This document shows, in pieces, positions 8,541-17,227 of a stretch of DNA of 64,000 nucleotides (positions are counted from its first letter, which is position 1; each line of letters starts with the position of its first letter). The translations under genes were made by a program, and so were the position numbers. The stretch comes from Solirubrobacteraceae bacterium (GTDB lineage: Bacteria; Actinomycetota; Thermoleophilia; Solirubrobacterales; Solirubrobacteraceae): positions 210-64,209 of the forward strand of contig JBJMLD010000112.1 in NCBI GenBank assembly GCA_045805545.1. The letters run 5' to 3'. The notes beneath the pieces are model-generated. The model saw only the letters and a program-made list of their open reading frames with translations. It was not told the DNA's origin and did no database searches.

Positions 8541-9695
8541 CTACCGGACCGCGACGCCGGCCGGCGTGGCCCCGGAGGGCAGCGCGACCGAGCCGATCTG
8601 GCTGAGGCTGCCGCCGCTTACGGCGAACTCGCCCAGCACGTTGGCCTTGCTCTCGTTCACGTACAGGGTCCGACCGTTCGTGCTCAGCCTCTCGTCGACC
8701 GCGCCGACGCCTGACTGACTGCTCACCGGGGTGGACCCGAGCAGCGTCAGCCTTCCGTCACCGTGGATGAAGTAGCGCGAGACCGTGTCAGACGCGGTGT
8801 TCGTCGTGAACAGGAACTCGCCGTTGTGCGTGATCTCCACCCAGCACGGCGCCGTCTGCTGATCGGCGAACGGTGAGCCGTCGATCGAGAACAGCGTTCC
8901 GTCGCGGGCGACCCGGAATGCCGAGACGGTGCCGTTGCCGGCTCCGCCGTGGGCGTTCGAGACGAACAGCTGGTTCGGTTCGGTCGGTCGGAACTCGCTG
9001 CCGAACGGACCCGGACCCTGCGCCGCGAACGGCGATCCGGACGCCGCTGTGAGCCGGCCATCGAACCCGACACGGAAGCTGTCGATCTGCGAGCTCCCGA
9101 CGCGGGTGCCGGCCAGCTTCGTGCCGGTCGCGTTGAACAGCACGTCGCCCGGCTGCGCGCTGTCGGGCAGGGCAACCGTCGAGCCCGGAAGCGCGTGCAG
9201 GTGGCCGCCGCGCCCGAGCGTGAAGCCGGTGTAGTTCGAGCCGCCGGCTCCGGCGTTGGCCACGTACACCAGACCGTCCAGCTCGGTCACGCTGACGGGC
9301 TGGACGCCGTCCGAGGAGACGACGCCGTCACGTACGAGTCTCAGCGCGCCGTCGCGCCGAATCCGCAGTACGGAGATCTGGTTGCTGCCGGCGTCAACCG
9401 CGAGCACGTAGCGGCCGTCGGTGCTGACCTGAATCGCGCCCTGGGACGGGATTCCTGCGCCCGAGCCCGCTCCGCCGGCGCTGAACGGAGAGCCGGGAAG
9501 CGGCGTGAGGCGACCGGCCGCGTCACGAACGAAGCCGGCGATGGTGTTCGTGCCGGCCGTGTTGTCGTTGACGTACACATAGTCCGACTGGTGGCGATCG
9601 GAGGCGGCTGCGACCGTCGGCACCGCCGCGATTGCGGCAAGCGCAAGAAGTCCGGGCACGAGTGATCGTGCCAAGGGCCTTGGCAGGTAATGCAT
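8541..9695 (-). CDS. secreted lactonase-family beta-propeller protein
   Basis: Signal peptide (LLALAAIAAVPTVAAA), YVYVNDNTAGTNTI, repeated GSPF/blade motifs, APCWVEIT; AGGAG SD. Confidence 0.8.
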   Translation of the reverse strand: MHYLPRPLARSLVPGLLALAAIAAVPTVAAASDRHQSDYVYVNDNTAGTNTIAGFVRDAAGRLTPLPGSPFSAGGAGSGAGIPSQGAIQVSTDGRYVLAVDAGSNQISVLRIRRDGALRLVRDGVVSSDGVQPVSVTELDGLVYVANAGAGGSNYTGFTLGRGGHLHALPGSTVALPDSAQPGDVLFNATGTKLAGTRVGSSQIDSFRVGFDGRLTAASGSPFAAQGPGPFGSEFRPTEPNQLFVSNAHGGAGNGTVSAFRVARDGTLFSIDGSPFADQQTAPCWVEITHNGEFLFTTNTASDTVSRYFIHGDGRLTLLGSTPVSSQSGVGAVDERLSTNGRTLYVNESKANVLGEFAVSGGSLSQIGSVALPSGATPAGVAVR

Positions 9696-9792
9696 TGCAT
9701 CTCCTTAGGGACGGGTAGGTCGATCCGCCTCGCGCCGGGTCCCCAACCCGCCGAGTCAGCCGGATCGACTGTCCATCCGATTGGACCATCCG

Positions 9793-9837
9793 ACCATTGC
9801 GATTTCAAGGCTGCGGCGCCAGCCGAAATCGAATGGT
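9793..9837. promoter_or_regulatory. long imperfect inverted repeat in divergent promoter region
   Basis: accatt-g-cgatttc-aa-ggctg..cagcc-gaaatcg-aatggt; adjacent CCATCCGA direct repeats at 9773 and 9786. Confidence 0.4.
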
Positions 9838-10042
9838 TAGATATTACGGATTAGTTGTCCTGGCCTTCGGCCTTCCGCGGGCGGATGAAATGGGCAGGGA
9901 TTCGGCGTGTGCCCCGATGAAGAGGAACCACTCACTCAGGTCGCGCGCGAGCGGTTTCAGTAGGGGTGTGTGTCGCGTGCGACGGCGCTTTGTGTCGACG
10001 TAGCGGGGCTTGGTCACGGCGGCGGCGGCGTTGTACTCGTCG

Positions 10043-10230
10043 CCGGAATTCGGTTGGAAGAGTCCGACCGTACGGTCCGCGAAGGCTGCGCGGGGCCAGG
10101 CGACGATTGCGCGGAGGGCCCAGCGACATGCAAGTCATGCGATGAGCCCAGCGTGCTGCGGACACAGAGCCACATTTCCGAAAGCAATGAACACGTTGAA
10201 ACTGAAAACGCCCGCCTGCGCCGCCGTTGC
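10043..10230 (+). repeat. copy 1 of duplicated ~190-nt upstream/leader element
   Basis: Aligns by eye to 10679-10870: ccggaattcggttggaagagtccgac..tacggtcc..cgcgggg..gattgcgcggagggcccagcgacat.caagtc..cgtgctgcggacacag..ccacat.tccgaa..tgaac..tgaaactgaa.acg. Confidence 0.9.
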
Positions 10231-10233
10231 TCC

Positions 10234-10662
10234 ATGAGAAGCCGTTTGACGATCGTCGTGCTTGTCGGCTGCCTGAGTCTCCTCAGCGCCGGCGCCGCGC
10301 TCGCGCACACCCGGACAAGCGCTCAGCGCCAGATCAAAGCCACCGTCCTTGCCTACGGCGAGGCCTACCTGAACGGCCACTACGCCAAGGTCTGCCGCTT
10401 GATCCGCATTCGAAGCGCGCACGCGCGGGCGGACCTGAGAGCCGACGGCAGCTGCATCCGCTTCGTGGAGCTCGCCTTCGACACCTCAAAGCTCATGCAG
10501 TACGAGATGCCCGCGCTTCCCTACTGCGTCAAGCACCGGCACCTCGTCCTGCACGGACGCAAGGCGACGCTTCGCTGCCTCACCGGCTCTGCGACCCCCA
10601 GCCCGCTGACGCTGCGCTTTCGCTTGCGGCTTCACGCCGGACGCTGGCGCATCATCCTGTAG
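10234..10662 (+). CDS. hypothetical secreted protein
   Basis: MRSRLTIVVLVGCLSLLSAGAALA signal peptide; C-terminal ...LRLHAGRWRI, NTF2/lumazine-binding-like; several Cys. Confidence 0.65.
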   Translation: MRSRLTIVVLVGCLSLLSAGAALAHTRTSAQRQIKATVLAYGEAYLNGHYAKVCRLIRIRSAHARADLRADGSCIRFVELAFDTSKLMQYEMPALPYCVKHRHLVLHGRKATLRCLTGSATPSPLTLRFRLRLHAGRWRIIL

Positions 10663-10678
10663 GCGCGACACCGGCGGA

Positions 10679-10870
10679 CCGGAATTCGGTTGGAAGAGTC
10701 CGACGGTACGGTCCTCGATGGCTCCGCGGGGCAAGGTCGATTGCGCGGAGGGCCCAGCGACATACAAGTCGCGCGGTGAGGCGGTGCACTCGTGCTGCGG
10801 ACACAGCCACATGTCCGAAGGAGCAGTGAACAAAGATGAAACTGAAGACGTTCGCTTGCGCAATCGTCGC
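10679..10870 (+). repeat. copy 2 of duplicated ~190-nt upstream/leader element
   Basis: Direct repeat of 10043-10230, extending into the first codons of the 894-aa gene. Confidence 0.9.
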
Positions 10871-13520
10871 ATGCGTTGTGGCTCAGGGCCTGCTGGCGGG
10901 GGACGGGACCGCTCGGGGGATGGCAAAGCCCACATTTCGTCTGCGTGATCGGTCGCTTTCGCTCGCAGCCCGTCAGCTGCGTCCAACGGCCGTGCAGGGC
11001 CTCGTGAGAGTCGATGTCGCGCTTACGTTCCTCAACAAGAATCACAAATCGCTTGCGGTTTCGGCCTCGGATTTCGTTCTGTCGGCTCAGGGAGACATGT
11101 TTCGCGCGCGACCGTGGAACCCGAGGCTTCGCCGACTGAAGATCGCGTCGAAGCGCTCGCGACTCGTCTCGCTGAGCTTCGCGATGCCGAGGGCGGCCGC
11201 GAACCACGCCTCGCTCTATTACCGCCCGACCGGATCCAGCGTCAGCGGCACCGTTCCGCTGGGCGGCTCCGCTCACGCGACGCCTCGCGCGTCTGCTGCT
11301 TCCGCAGGGCAACCCGTGGTCAACACTTTCTACACGACGGGCGGGATGGGAGAGCCATGGGGAACCGCGATTGATAGCGCGGGTAACGTCTGGTTCGCCG
11401 ACCCCGGCTGCGACTTTGCGCCCACGTGTTCCCCCAATGCTGGAGTTGGCCAGATCGGCGAGCTCACGGCCTCGTCACACCAGCTGGTGTTCCACAAGCT
11501 GCCCAGCGTTTCAGGTAACCAGCCGGCCTTCTTGGCCTTTGACGGATCCGGGAACCTGTGGTTCACGACGCCGGCCAACAGCATGATCGGAGAGTTCAGT
11601 CCATCGAGCGGTCAGTTCGTCGGACAGTGGCCGGTGACTCCCGGGAGCGGCCCGTGGGATCTCACCGTCACCGGCGGTAAGGTCTGGTACACGGAGCATC
11701 TCGTATCGGCTGTGGGATCGTTCGATCCCTTGACTCATAGCTATCGCGACTTTCAAACGCCGAGCGCCAATACGTACCCTTACGGGATCGCAGCTAACGG
11801 TGGACTCATCTGGTTTGCCGAGAACAACAGCAGCGTCGATCGCATCGCGGTTCTTGATACCACGAGCAACAACGCGATCTCGGAATACCCCATCGTTCAG
11901 CCGCTGAGCGGGACGCCGCATCTCGTCGCGATCGATGCACGCGGTAACCCTTGGTGGACGGAAGGATGGTCGAACACGATTGCGACGCTGAATCCAAGCG
12001 CTGCGACGGCGGGGCAATGCGGAACGACATCAGGCGTCTGCAAGGGCATCCAGCGGTTCGTCGCGCCAGCGCCTGTGACGTGCGCGAATTCCGGGACGCA
12101 CACGTCTGGCATCGCAATCCAGCGCTCGTCGGGTGTGGTCTGGTTTGACAACTCGCTCACGGCGCAGATTGGGTCATTCGATCCGTCGAGTACAGCATTC
12201 GCCATGAACAACCTGAGCAACTGCAGCGCGCACCCACACGACGGACTCAACTTAGACGGTGCGGGCGACGTGTGGTTCGACGAGGAGTTTGCGAATGCGA
12301 TCGGCGAGCTGATCCTGTCGTCGCAGGCAGCGGCTATGCCGACAGTGCTCACCGGACCCGCGACCGCCGTTGGCACGAGTTCGGCGACCCTTTCGGGATC
12401 GGTTAACCGAAATGGACAAGCGACGACATACCACTTCGATTACGGGACGTCGACGAGCTACGGTTCGCAGGCGCCAACTCCGCCTGACCCTAGTGCGGGC
12501 ATGGGTACGAGTAGCCAGCCCGTGTCGGCGAATGTCAGCGGTTTGTCGCCGGGCACGACCTACCACTACCGACTCACCGCCACCAATGCCTCTGGGACCC
12601 AGTACGGATCCGACGAGACGTTCATGACGGCGGCAGCGTCAGGCCCAACGATCACGAGTTTCAACCCGACGAGCTCGGCGGCGGGCACGGCGGTCACGAT
12701 CACCGGTACCAATTTCGCTGCCGCTACGGCCGTCGCGTTCAACGGAACCCCGGCGAGCTACACCGTGAACTCCGCGAGCCAGCTCAGCGCTACGGTCCCG
12801 GCCGGGGCGATCAGCGGTCCGATCAGCGTGACAACGCCCGCGGGGACGGCGTCGACCAGCGAAAGCTTCACAGTGACCTCACCCGGTAACGTGGTTGCCG
12901 CCGACCGTTTCAACCGGACGGTCACCAGCGGCTGGGGCGCGGCCGATACCGGCGGGTCCTGGACCGTACTCGACCCGCCGGCGAGGTGGAGCGTGGCCCC
13001 AGGGGCCGGAACGGTCAGCGTCACGGCCAGTGCGCAGGCTCGGGCGCTACTCACGGGAGTGACCATGCAGGACGTCGATCTGCTGGCCACCGTAGGCCTG
13101 CCGCTGTGCATCAGCGGCCATAACTGCAACAGCTACCTCCTTGGCCGCTACACGGGCGGTAGCAGCCCGTCGTACTATCGGGTCGGTGCCGTCCAGGGGC
13201 AGTCGCGTAAGACCGTCTACCTGCGTGCGCAGCGCAGCGACGGCTCTGATCTCGCCGCGGACCTGGACACGGGCATCCCCGCCGCTGCCGGTGTGCTGCT
13301 GTGCATCCGAGTGGAGTTCCAGGGCGTCAACCCGACCACCATCCGTGCGCGCATCTGGCCGGCGGGCGCAGCCGAGCCGTCAACGTGGCTGCTCAACATG
13401 ACCGACAGCACCAGCGCGCAGCAGAGCGCTGGCGCCGTCGGCGTACGAGCGCGCAACGAAGACAACACCGCCACGCAGACCTTCCAGTTCAGGAGCTATC
13501 AAGCAACCGCGCTCCACTAG
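10836..13520 (+). CDS. large secreted modular protein: Ig-like (DUF4352-like), Vgb-like beta-propeller, FN3-like, IPT/TIG and C-terminal beta-sandwich domains
   Basis: Signal peptide; propeller repeats (PWGTAIDSAGNVWF, PYGIAANGGLIWFAE); GLSPGTTYHYRL (FN3); PTITSFNPTS..GTAVTITGTNF (IPT); DRFNRTVTSGWG C-terminal module. Confidence 0.8.
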   Translation: MKLKTFACAIVACVVAQGLLAGDGTARGMAKPTFRLRDRSLSLAARQLRPTAVQGLVRVDVALTFLNKNHKSLAVSASDFVLSAQGDMFRARPWNPRLRRLKIASKRSRLVSLSFAMPRAAANHASLYYRPTGSSVSGTVPLGGSAHATPRASAASAGQPVVNTFYTTGGMGEPWGTAIDSAGNVWFADPGCDFAPTCSPNAGVGQIGELTASSHQLVFHKLPSVSGNQPAFLAFDGSGNLWFTTPANSMIGEFSPSSGQFVGQWPVTPGSGPWDLTVTGGKVWYTEHLVSAVGSFDPLTHSYRDFQTPSANTYPYGIAANGGLIWFAENNSSVDRIAVLDTTSNNAISEYPIVQPLSGTPHLVAIDARGNPWWTEGWSNTIATLNPSAATAGQCGTTSGVCKGIQRFVAPAPVTCANSGTHTSGIAIQRSSGVVWFDNSLTAQIGSFDPSSTAFAMNNLSNCSAHPHDGLNLDGAGDVWFDEEFANAIGELILSSQAAAMPTVLTGPATAVGTSSATLSGSVNRNGQATTYHFDYGTSTSYGSQAPTPPDPSAGMGTSSQPVSANVSGLSPGTTYHYRLTATNASGTQYGSDETFMTAAASGPTITSFNPTSSAAGTAVTITGTNFAAATAVAFNGTPASYTVNSASQLSATVPAGAISGPISVTTPAGTASTSESFTVTSPGNVVAADRFNRTVTSGWGAADTGGSWTVLDPPARWSVAPGAGTVSVTASAQARALLTGVTMQDVDLLATVGLPLCISGHNCNSYLLGRYTGGSSPSYYRVGAVQGQSRKTVYLRAQRSDGSDLAADLDTGIPAAAGVLLCIRVEFQGVNPTTIRARIWPAGAAEPSTWLLNMTDSTSAQQSAGAVGVRARNEDNTATQTFQFRSYQATALH

Positions 13521-13599
13521 CGGGGCGCGGCGCGGGCTCGCGCTTCCAAGCCGTCGGAGCAGGTGTACGGCGTCGAACCCGCTTTACGGCGTCGAACCG

Positions 13600-14112
13600 C
13601 TATGGCTTGCCGTCGGCAGCCTCGCGTTCGGGCGAAGGATGTTCCGCGTCCGCGTCGTCCGACGTCGGGTCCCGCTGCTGGCGAATCGCGATGGCGCGGA
13701 CCGTCCCGTGGGTCACTCCGGCTGCTGCGGCGATCTCCCGCGTCGAGAGACCGAGGCGCATCGCACGGGCAATCGCTAACCGGTGACCTGCTGCCGCCTC
13801 CCGAGCCTGCTCGCCGGTCCGCTGCACGCGCTTGAGTGTCTCGCCGCGTAACTCGTTGCGAACAGCTTCCTTTCCAGCTGCTTCCGCGGCGGCGATCGCA
13901 GAGAGCGAGTATCCGGCGAGCATTGCGGCTCCGGCGGCTTCCCTCAGCTTCTCGCCCGTTTGCATTGCGTCACCGGCGTCGCCGTCGACGCCAGCCAGCA
14001 ATCGTTGCCCGGCAACATCGGCGACGGCGAGCAATTCGTCAGCCGTGAGATCCTGGTCGCCACTCTGCAATGCGGACCTAGTCTTCCCGATCTTCCCTGC
14101 CCGCGATCGCAT
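13600..14112 (-). CDS. helical protein with C-terminal helix-turn-helix
   Basis: ...ARAMRLGLSTREIAAAAGVTHGTVRAIA is HTH-like; start chosen at ATG 14112, next to a palindrome. Confidence 0.6.
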   Translation of the reverse strand: MRSRAGKIGKTRSALQSGDQDLTADELLAVADVAGQRLLAGVDGDAGDAMQTGEKLREAAGAAMLAGYSLSAIAAAEAAGKEAVRNELRGETLKRVQRTGEQAREAAAGHRLAIARAMRLGLSTREIAAAAGVTHGTVRAIAIRQQRDPTSDDADAEHPSPEREAADGKP

Positions 14113-14124
14113 ATTGTAGACAAT
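14113..14124. promoter_or_regulatory. palindrome ATTGT-AG-ACAAT abutting the HTH gene start (possible autoregulatory operator)
   Basis: AT-rich inverted repeat in a very GC-rich background. Confidence 0.4.
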
Positions 14125-15314
14125 CGACCACGGAAACGGTGCTTTTCCTGGCACTTCGACAGGTCGCGCTCCTACCGGGTCGCCCGACTCGACGCAACAC
14201 CGCCCAGGCTTGCGGTGCAACGCCCGCTCTCTTGGCGGGGGTGCAAAGCTCCGGAGATAACGTCTCCGCGACCGCTCGGGGCGTGTGCGCTCAGTACGCG
14301 AGGCGCGCCCGTCGGCACGCTCGGAGCTTTGGTCGCGCGCATGCTGTGCCGCAATCGCCCGCAACCGCTGCGTTGCACGATCGGTGTCCGGCGGTGTCAT
14401 CCACTCCGCCTCTGAGGACCCGTCGGCCCGTCGGCGTGTTCACCGTCCTTCCACCCACCGGTGGTACGAGGCGCCGTACAACGTGGTCAGCCAGCGACCG
14501 CAAACCGTAGGGTGCGCAACTCGTGCTCCTGGCTGAATTTGTTCCATCCGGAGCCGCTGGCCGGTCCTCAACCAGCGAGTTCTCTCCCGGGCTGTGATTT
14601 GGCGGATTACTGGCGTCAGTCCCCGGCCGCCAACCCGGAGGAGCCACGCAGCGTCGGCATCCTCCGCAACCAATGGGTTGCACGTCACGCTCAGCGTGGA
14701 TCTATATGTTCCTGTCTGTTCGCCCGGAGAGCTGCTGACCACCAGCGGACGACGGCGGATCCGCCGTGGCGGATCATCGGCATTGCCCTGATGGTTATGA
14801 GGTTAGACACACGCCCACGCGAAAGTCACACCGCGCTTGCGTGTCGCATCTCCCTCCAACGTCGGGCATCTGGGCCTTACTCACCACGGAAGCCAGCGTC
14901 GAGGCTGAAAGTGATGGACACACACAGCACGCGTGCTCACGACCCACCTTCCTGGCAATGGTGGGTAGGACAACCTCCGTCCTGTTTCGATCGCAGCAGT
15001 ATCAGTTTGGCCCCACCCTCACCACACTGCAATCGGCACATGACCGAGGCATCCGTTTAGAACGTGTCACTGGATCACACATCACGCACGTACTTGCCTG
15101 CGGGCAGCGATTTACCACACTGCCGCAGCAGGTCGATGCGCGCTGTGGAGAGTGAGTGACACAACTGCAAAAACATGACTGTAAGCGAAATGACATGTGC
15201 AAAATAAATGTGTCAATTACGGTATGAGAGTGAGTGGTCGTGGGTATCCGAGTCAATTGAATGGTGGGTAGCGGGATAGCGGAAGGGTCACGGTCCGGGG
15301 GACGCGCTGCTGTG

Positions 15315-17141
15315 ATGGCGCACCGAACGCGGCGGATGCTGCGTGCCGCCGTCGTATGCGCCGCCGTGGCGTTGGTGCTGGCCTTTACTGCCCAGATCGC
15401 CGCGGCAGATGGCCTCGGACCGGCCACTTCCACTGCGACCGCAGCGACCACCGCGGTCGCGGGGACAGCGGAGTCGGCGACGAAGACAGCATCCACGGTG
15501 GCGCAGTCGAGCGCTACGGCGGCGTCGAGCACGGCGACCGCTCCGAAGCCGCCGGTCGCACCGAGCGCGACAGAGGCAACCGCATCCCCGGCGCAGGCGA
15601 CGACGAGCTCGCCGGAACCGGCGACCGCGGCGGCTCCGACCGACTCAGCCCCGGCCGACTCAGCCCCGGCCGCCTCAGCCCCGGCCGCCTCCTCCGTTAC
15701 CAAGCCCGTCACCCCGGTCACCGACGCCGCCTCACCGAGCGCGGCGCAAGCAACCGCACCTGCGGCGGGGGCGACGGCGAGCTCGCCCGCATCGGAGACC
15801 GCGGTGACTCCCGCGGCCTCACCCGTCACCAAGACCGCCGCGCCCGTCACTAAGACCGCCGCGCCCGTCACCAAGACCGCCGCCCCGGTCACCCAGACTG
15901 CCGCCGAGGCGGCACCGAACGTGGTGGCGCCCGTGACGTCGACTGTGACCAAGGCGGTCGCTCCGGTGGTCGCCGGCGCAGTCGCGCCAGTGGCTTCGAC
16001 GGTGACCAAGGCGAGGGCTCCGGTGGCAGCCCCTGCGGTCGCCCCCGTGGTTACGACCGTGGCCAAAACCGCTGCGCCGGTGCTCTCATCGATCACCAAG
16101 GCGGTTGCCCCGGCGGTGACCAGCGCGGTCAGCCCGGTGGTCACGAGCCTCGCAAAGACGCCGTCACCGGTGATCTCGATCGCGGCGAAGGCGGTCGCGC
16201 CGGTCATCTCAACGGTGGCGTCGCCTGTCATTTCAATGGCGGCGCCGGTCATCTTGACCGCCACCAAGGCGGTCGCGCCCGTCATCTCAACGGTGACCAA
16301 GGCGGTCGCGCCCGTCATCTCAACGGTGACCAAGGCGGTCGCGCCCGTCATCTCAACGGTGACCAAGGCGACGGCGCCGGTGGCAGCCCGCGCGGTCGCC
16401 CCCGTGGTCACGAACGTGACCAAGGCGGCGGCTTCCGTGCTCTCCGCGGCGAGCGGCGCCGTCACTCCCGTCGTTACTCCTGCCATCAGGAGCGAAACGA
16501 CGATCCCGACGAGCCTCGTCGCGGCGGTCACGGCGAGCACAGGGCCGGCGACGCGGGCCGTCGTCGCTACGACCACGATGGTCACTCCCCTCGTCGCTCC
16601 CGCCGTCACGAGGCTTTCTCGCACGATCACGGCGCCGGTCCGGCCACTCGCACCGGCCGTCGCGTCTTCCCGCACGACGGGCCTGGCGGTTCCGGGAACG
16701 AGCGTGCGGGTCCCGGTGGCGCAGCCATCGACGTTCGTCTCGAGGCTGCACCTGGTCTTGGCAGCCTCGCCTGCGCGTTCGCTACGGCCCGGAGCTCGCG
16801 CGGCGCAGCTCCGCCCGTCGGCGGCGCTGCTCCCGTCGGCGCGGCTGTCGACGATCCAACCCTCATGGCTTCACTGGCTGGGCGCTGCCGTGTCGCACGT
16901 CTCCCGTCACGCGCACCAGAGCGTGGTCGGTGGGCAGCGCGGTCCTGCTCCAAGCAGAGAGCCGCATGGCGGCGGCGTCGGCGGTGCGGCTGGAGGGGTC
17001 GGGACTATGTTCTTCGGCGGCGCAACCTCAGTGCCGTCTCAGCCAGGAGTCGTCTCACCTGAACCTTGGAGCTGGCTGCGCCAGCGCCCGGTGATCCACG
17101 GCCCTGCTGCATTCGCCCTAGTGCTTGAACGCCCCGGCTAG
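15315..17141 (+). CDS. secreted Ala/Val/Thr/Pro-rich repeat protein ending LERPG
   Basis: Signal peptide (RRMLRAAVVCAAVALVLAFTAQIAAA), 7-aa PVTKTAA and 11-aa VAPVISTVTKA repeats; alternative start at 15261. Confidence 0.7.
   Translation: MAHRTRRMLRAAVVCAAVALVLAFTAQIAAADGLGPATSTATAATTAVAGTAESATKTASTVAQSSATAASSTATAPKPPVAPSATEATASPAQATTSSPEPATAAAPTDSAPADSAPAASAPAASSVTKPVTPVTDAASPSAAQATAPAAGATASSPASETAVTPAASPVTKTAAPVTKTAAPVTKTAAPVTQTAAEAAPNVVAPVTSTVTKAVAPVVAGAVAPVASTVTKARAPVAAPAVAPVVTTVAKTAAPVLSSITKAVAPAVTSAVSPVVTSLAKTPSPVISIAAKAVAPVISTVASPVISMAAPVILTATKAVAPVISTVTKAVAPVISTVTKAVAPVISTVTKATAPVAARAVAPVVTNVTKAAASVLSAASGAVTPVVTPAIRSETTIPTSLVAAVTASTGPATRAVVATTTMVTPLVAPAVTRLSRTITAPVRPLAPAVASSRTTGLAVPGTSVRVPVAQPSTFVSRLHLVLAASPARSLRPGARAAQLRPSAALLPSARLSTIQPSWLHWLGAAVSHVSRHAHQSVVGGQRGPAPSREPHGGGVGGAAGGVGTMFFGGATSVPSQPGVVSPEPWSWLRQRPVIHGPAAFALVLERPG
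15822..15893 (+). repeat. 21-nt coding tandem repeat x3.4 (PVTKTAA)
   Basis: cccgtcaccaagaccgccgcg units. Confidence 0.9.
16263..16370 (+). repeat. perfect 33-nt coding tandem repeat x3.3 (TKAVAPVISTV)
   Basis: accaaggcggtcgcgcccgtcatctcaacggtg at 16263, 16296 and 16329; degenerate copies flank it from ~15920 to ~16620. Confidence 0.95.
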
Positions 17142-17227
17142 TCCGAGGCCATTTCCAGAGTCTGTGCGCGCTGGGCTGAGTGAGCCTGCGCGCGTTCCCT
17201 GAACTAGCTACTAGGAAGAGGTAACTC

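Noticed and set aside
10043-10870. Cobalamin riboswitch identity for the duplicated leader (GGAA-TTCGGT..TCCGA resembles its P4-P5 region)
   Set aside because: No GCCACTG or B12-box and the downstream genes are not B12-related.
14213-14335. c-di-GMP-I riboswitch (GCAAAGCTCCGG resembles the core)
   Set aside because: No GGCAAA-stem-GNRA P2 arrangement and no adjacent co-oriented gene.
15060-15085. CRP-like site (gtgtc-actgga-tcaca)
   Set aside because: Only one good half-site; too weak to call.
16263-16370. CRISPR-like 33-nt repeats
   Set aside because: Repeats are contiguous with no spacers, in frame within a CDS, and there are no cas genes.
15002-16675. 557-aa - strand ORF
   Set aside because: Antisense shadow of the + strand repeat protein, which has the signal peptide and operon context.
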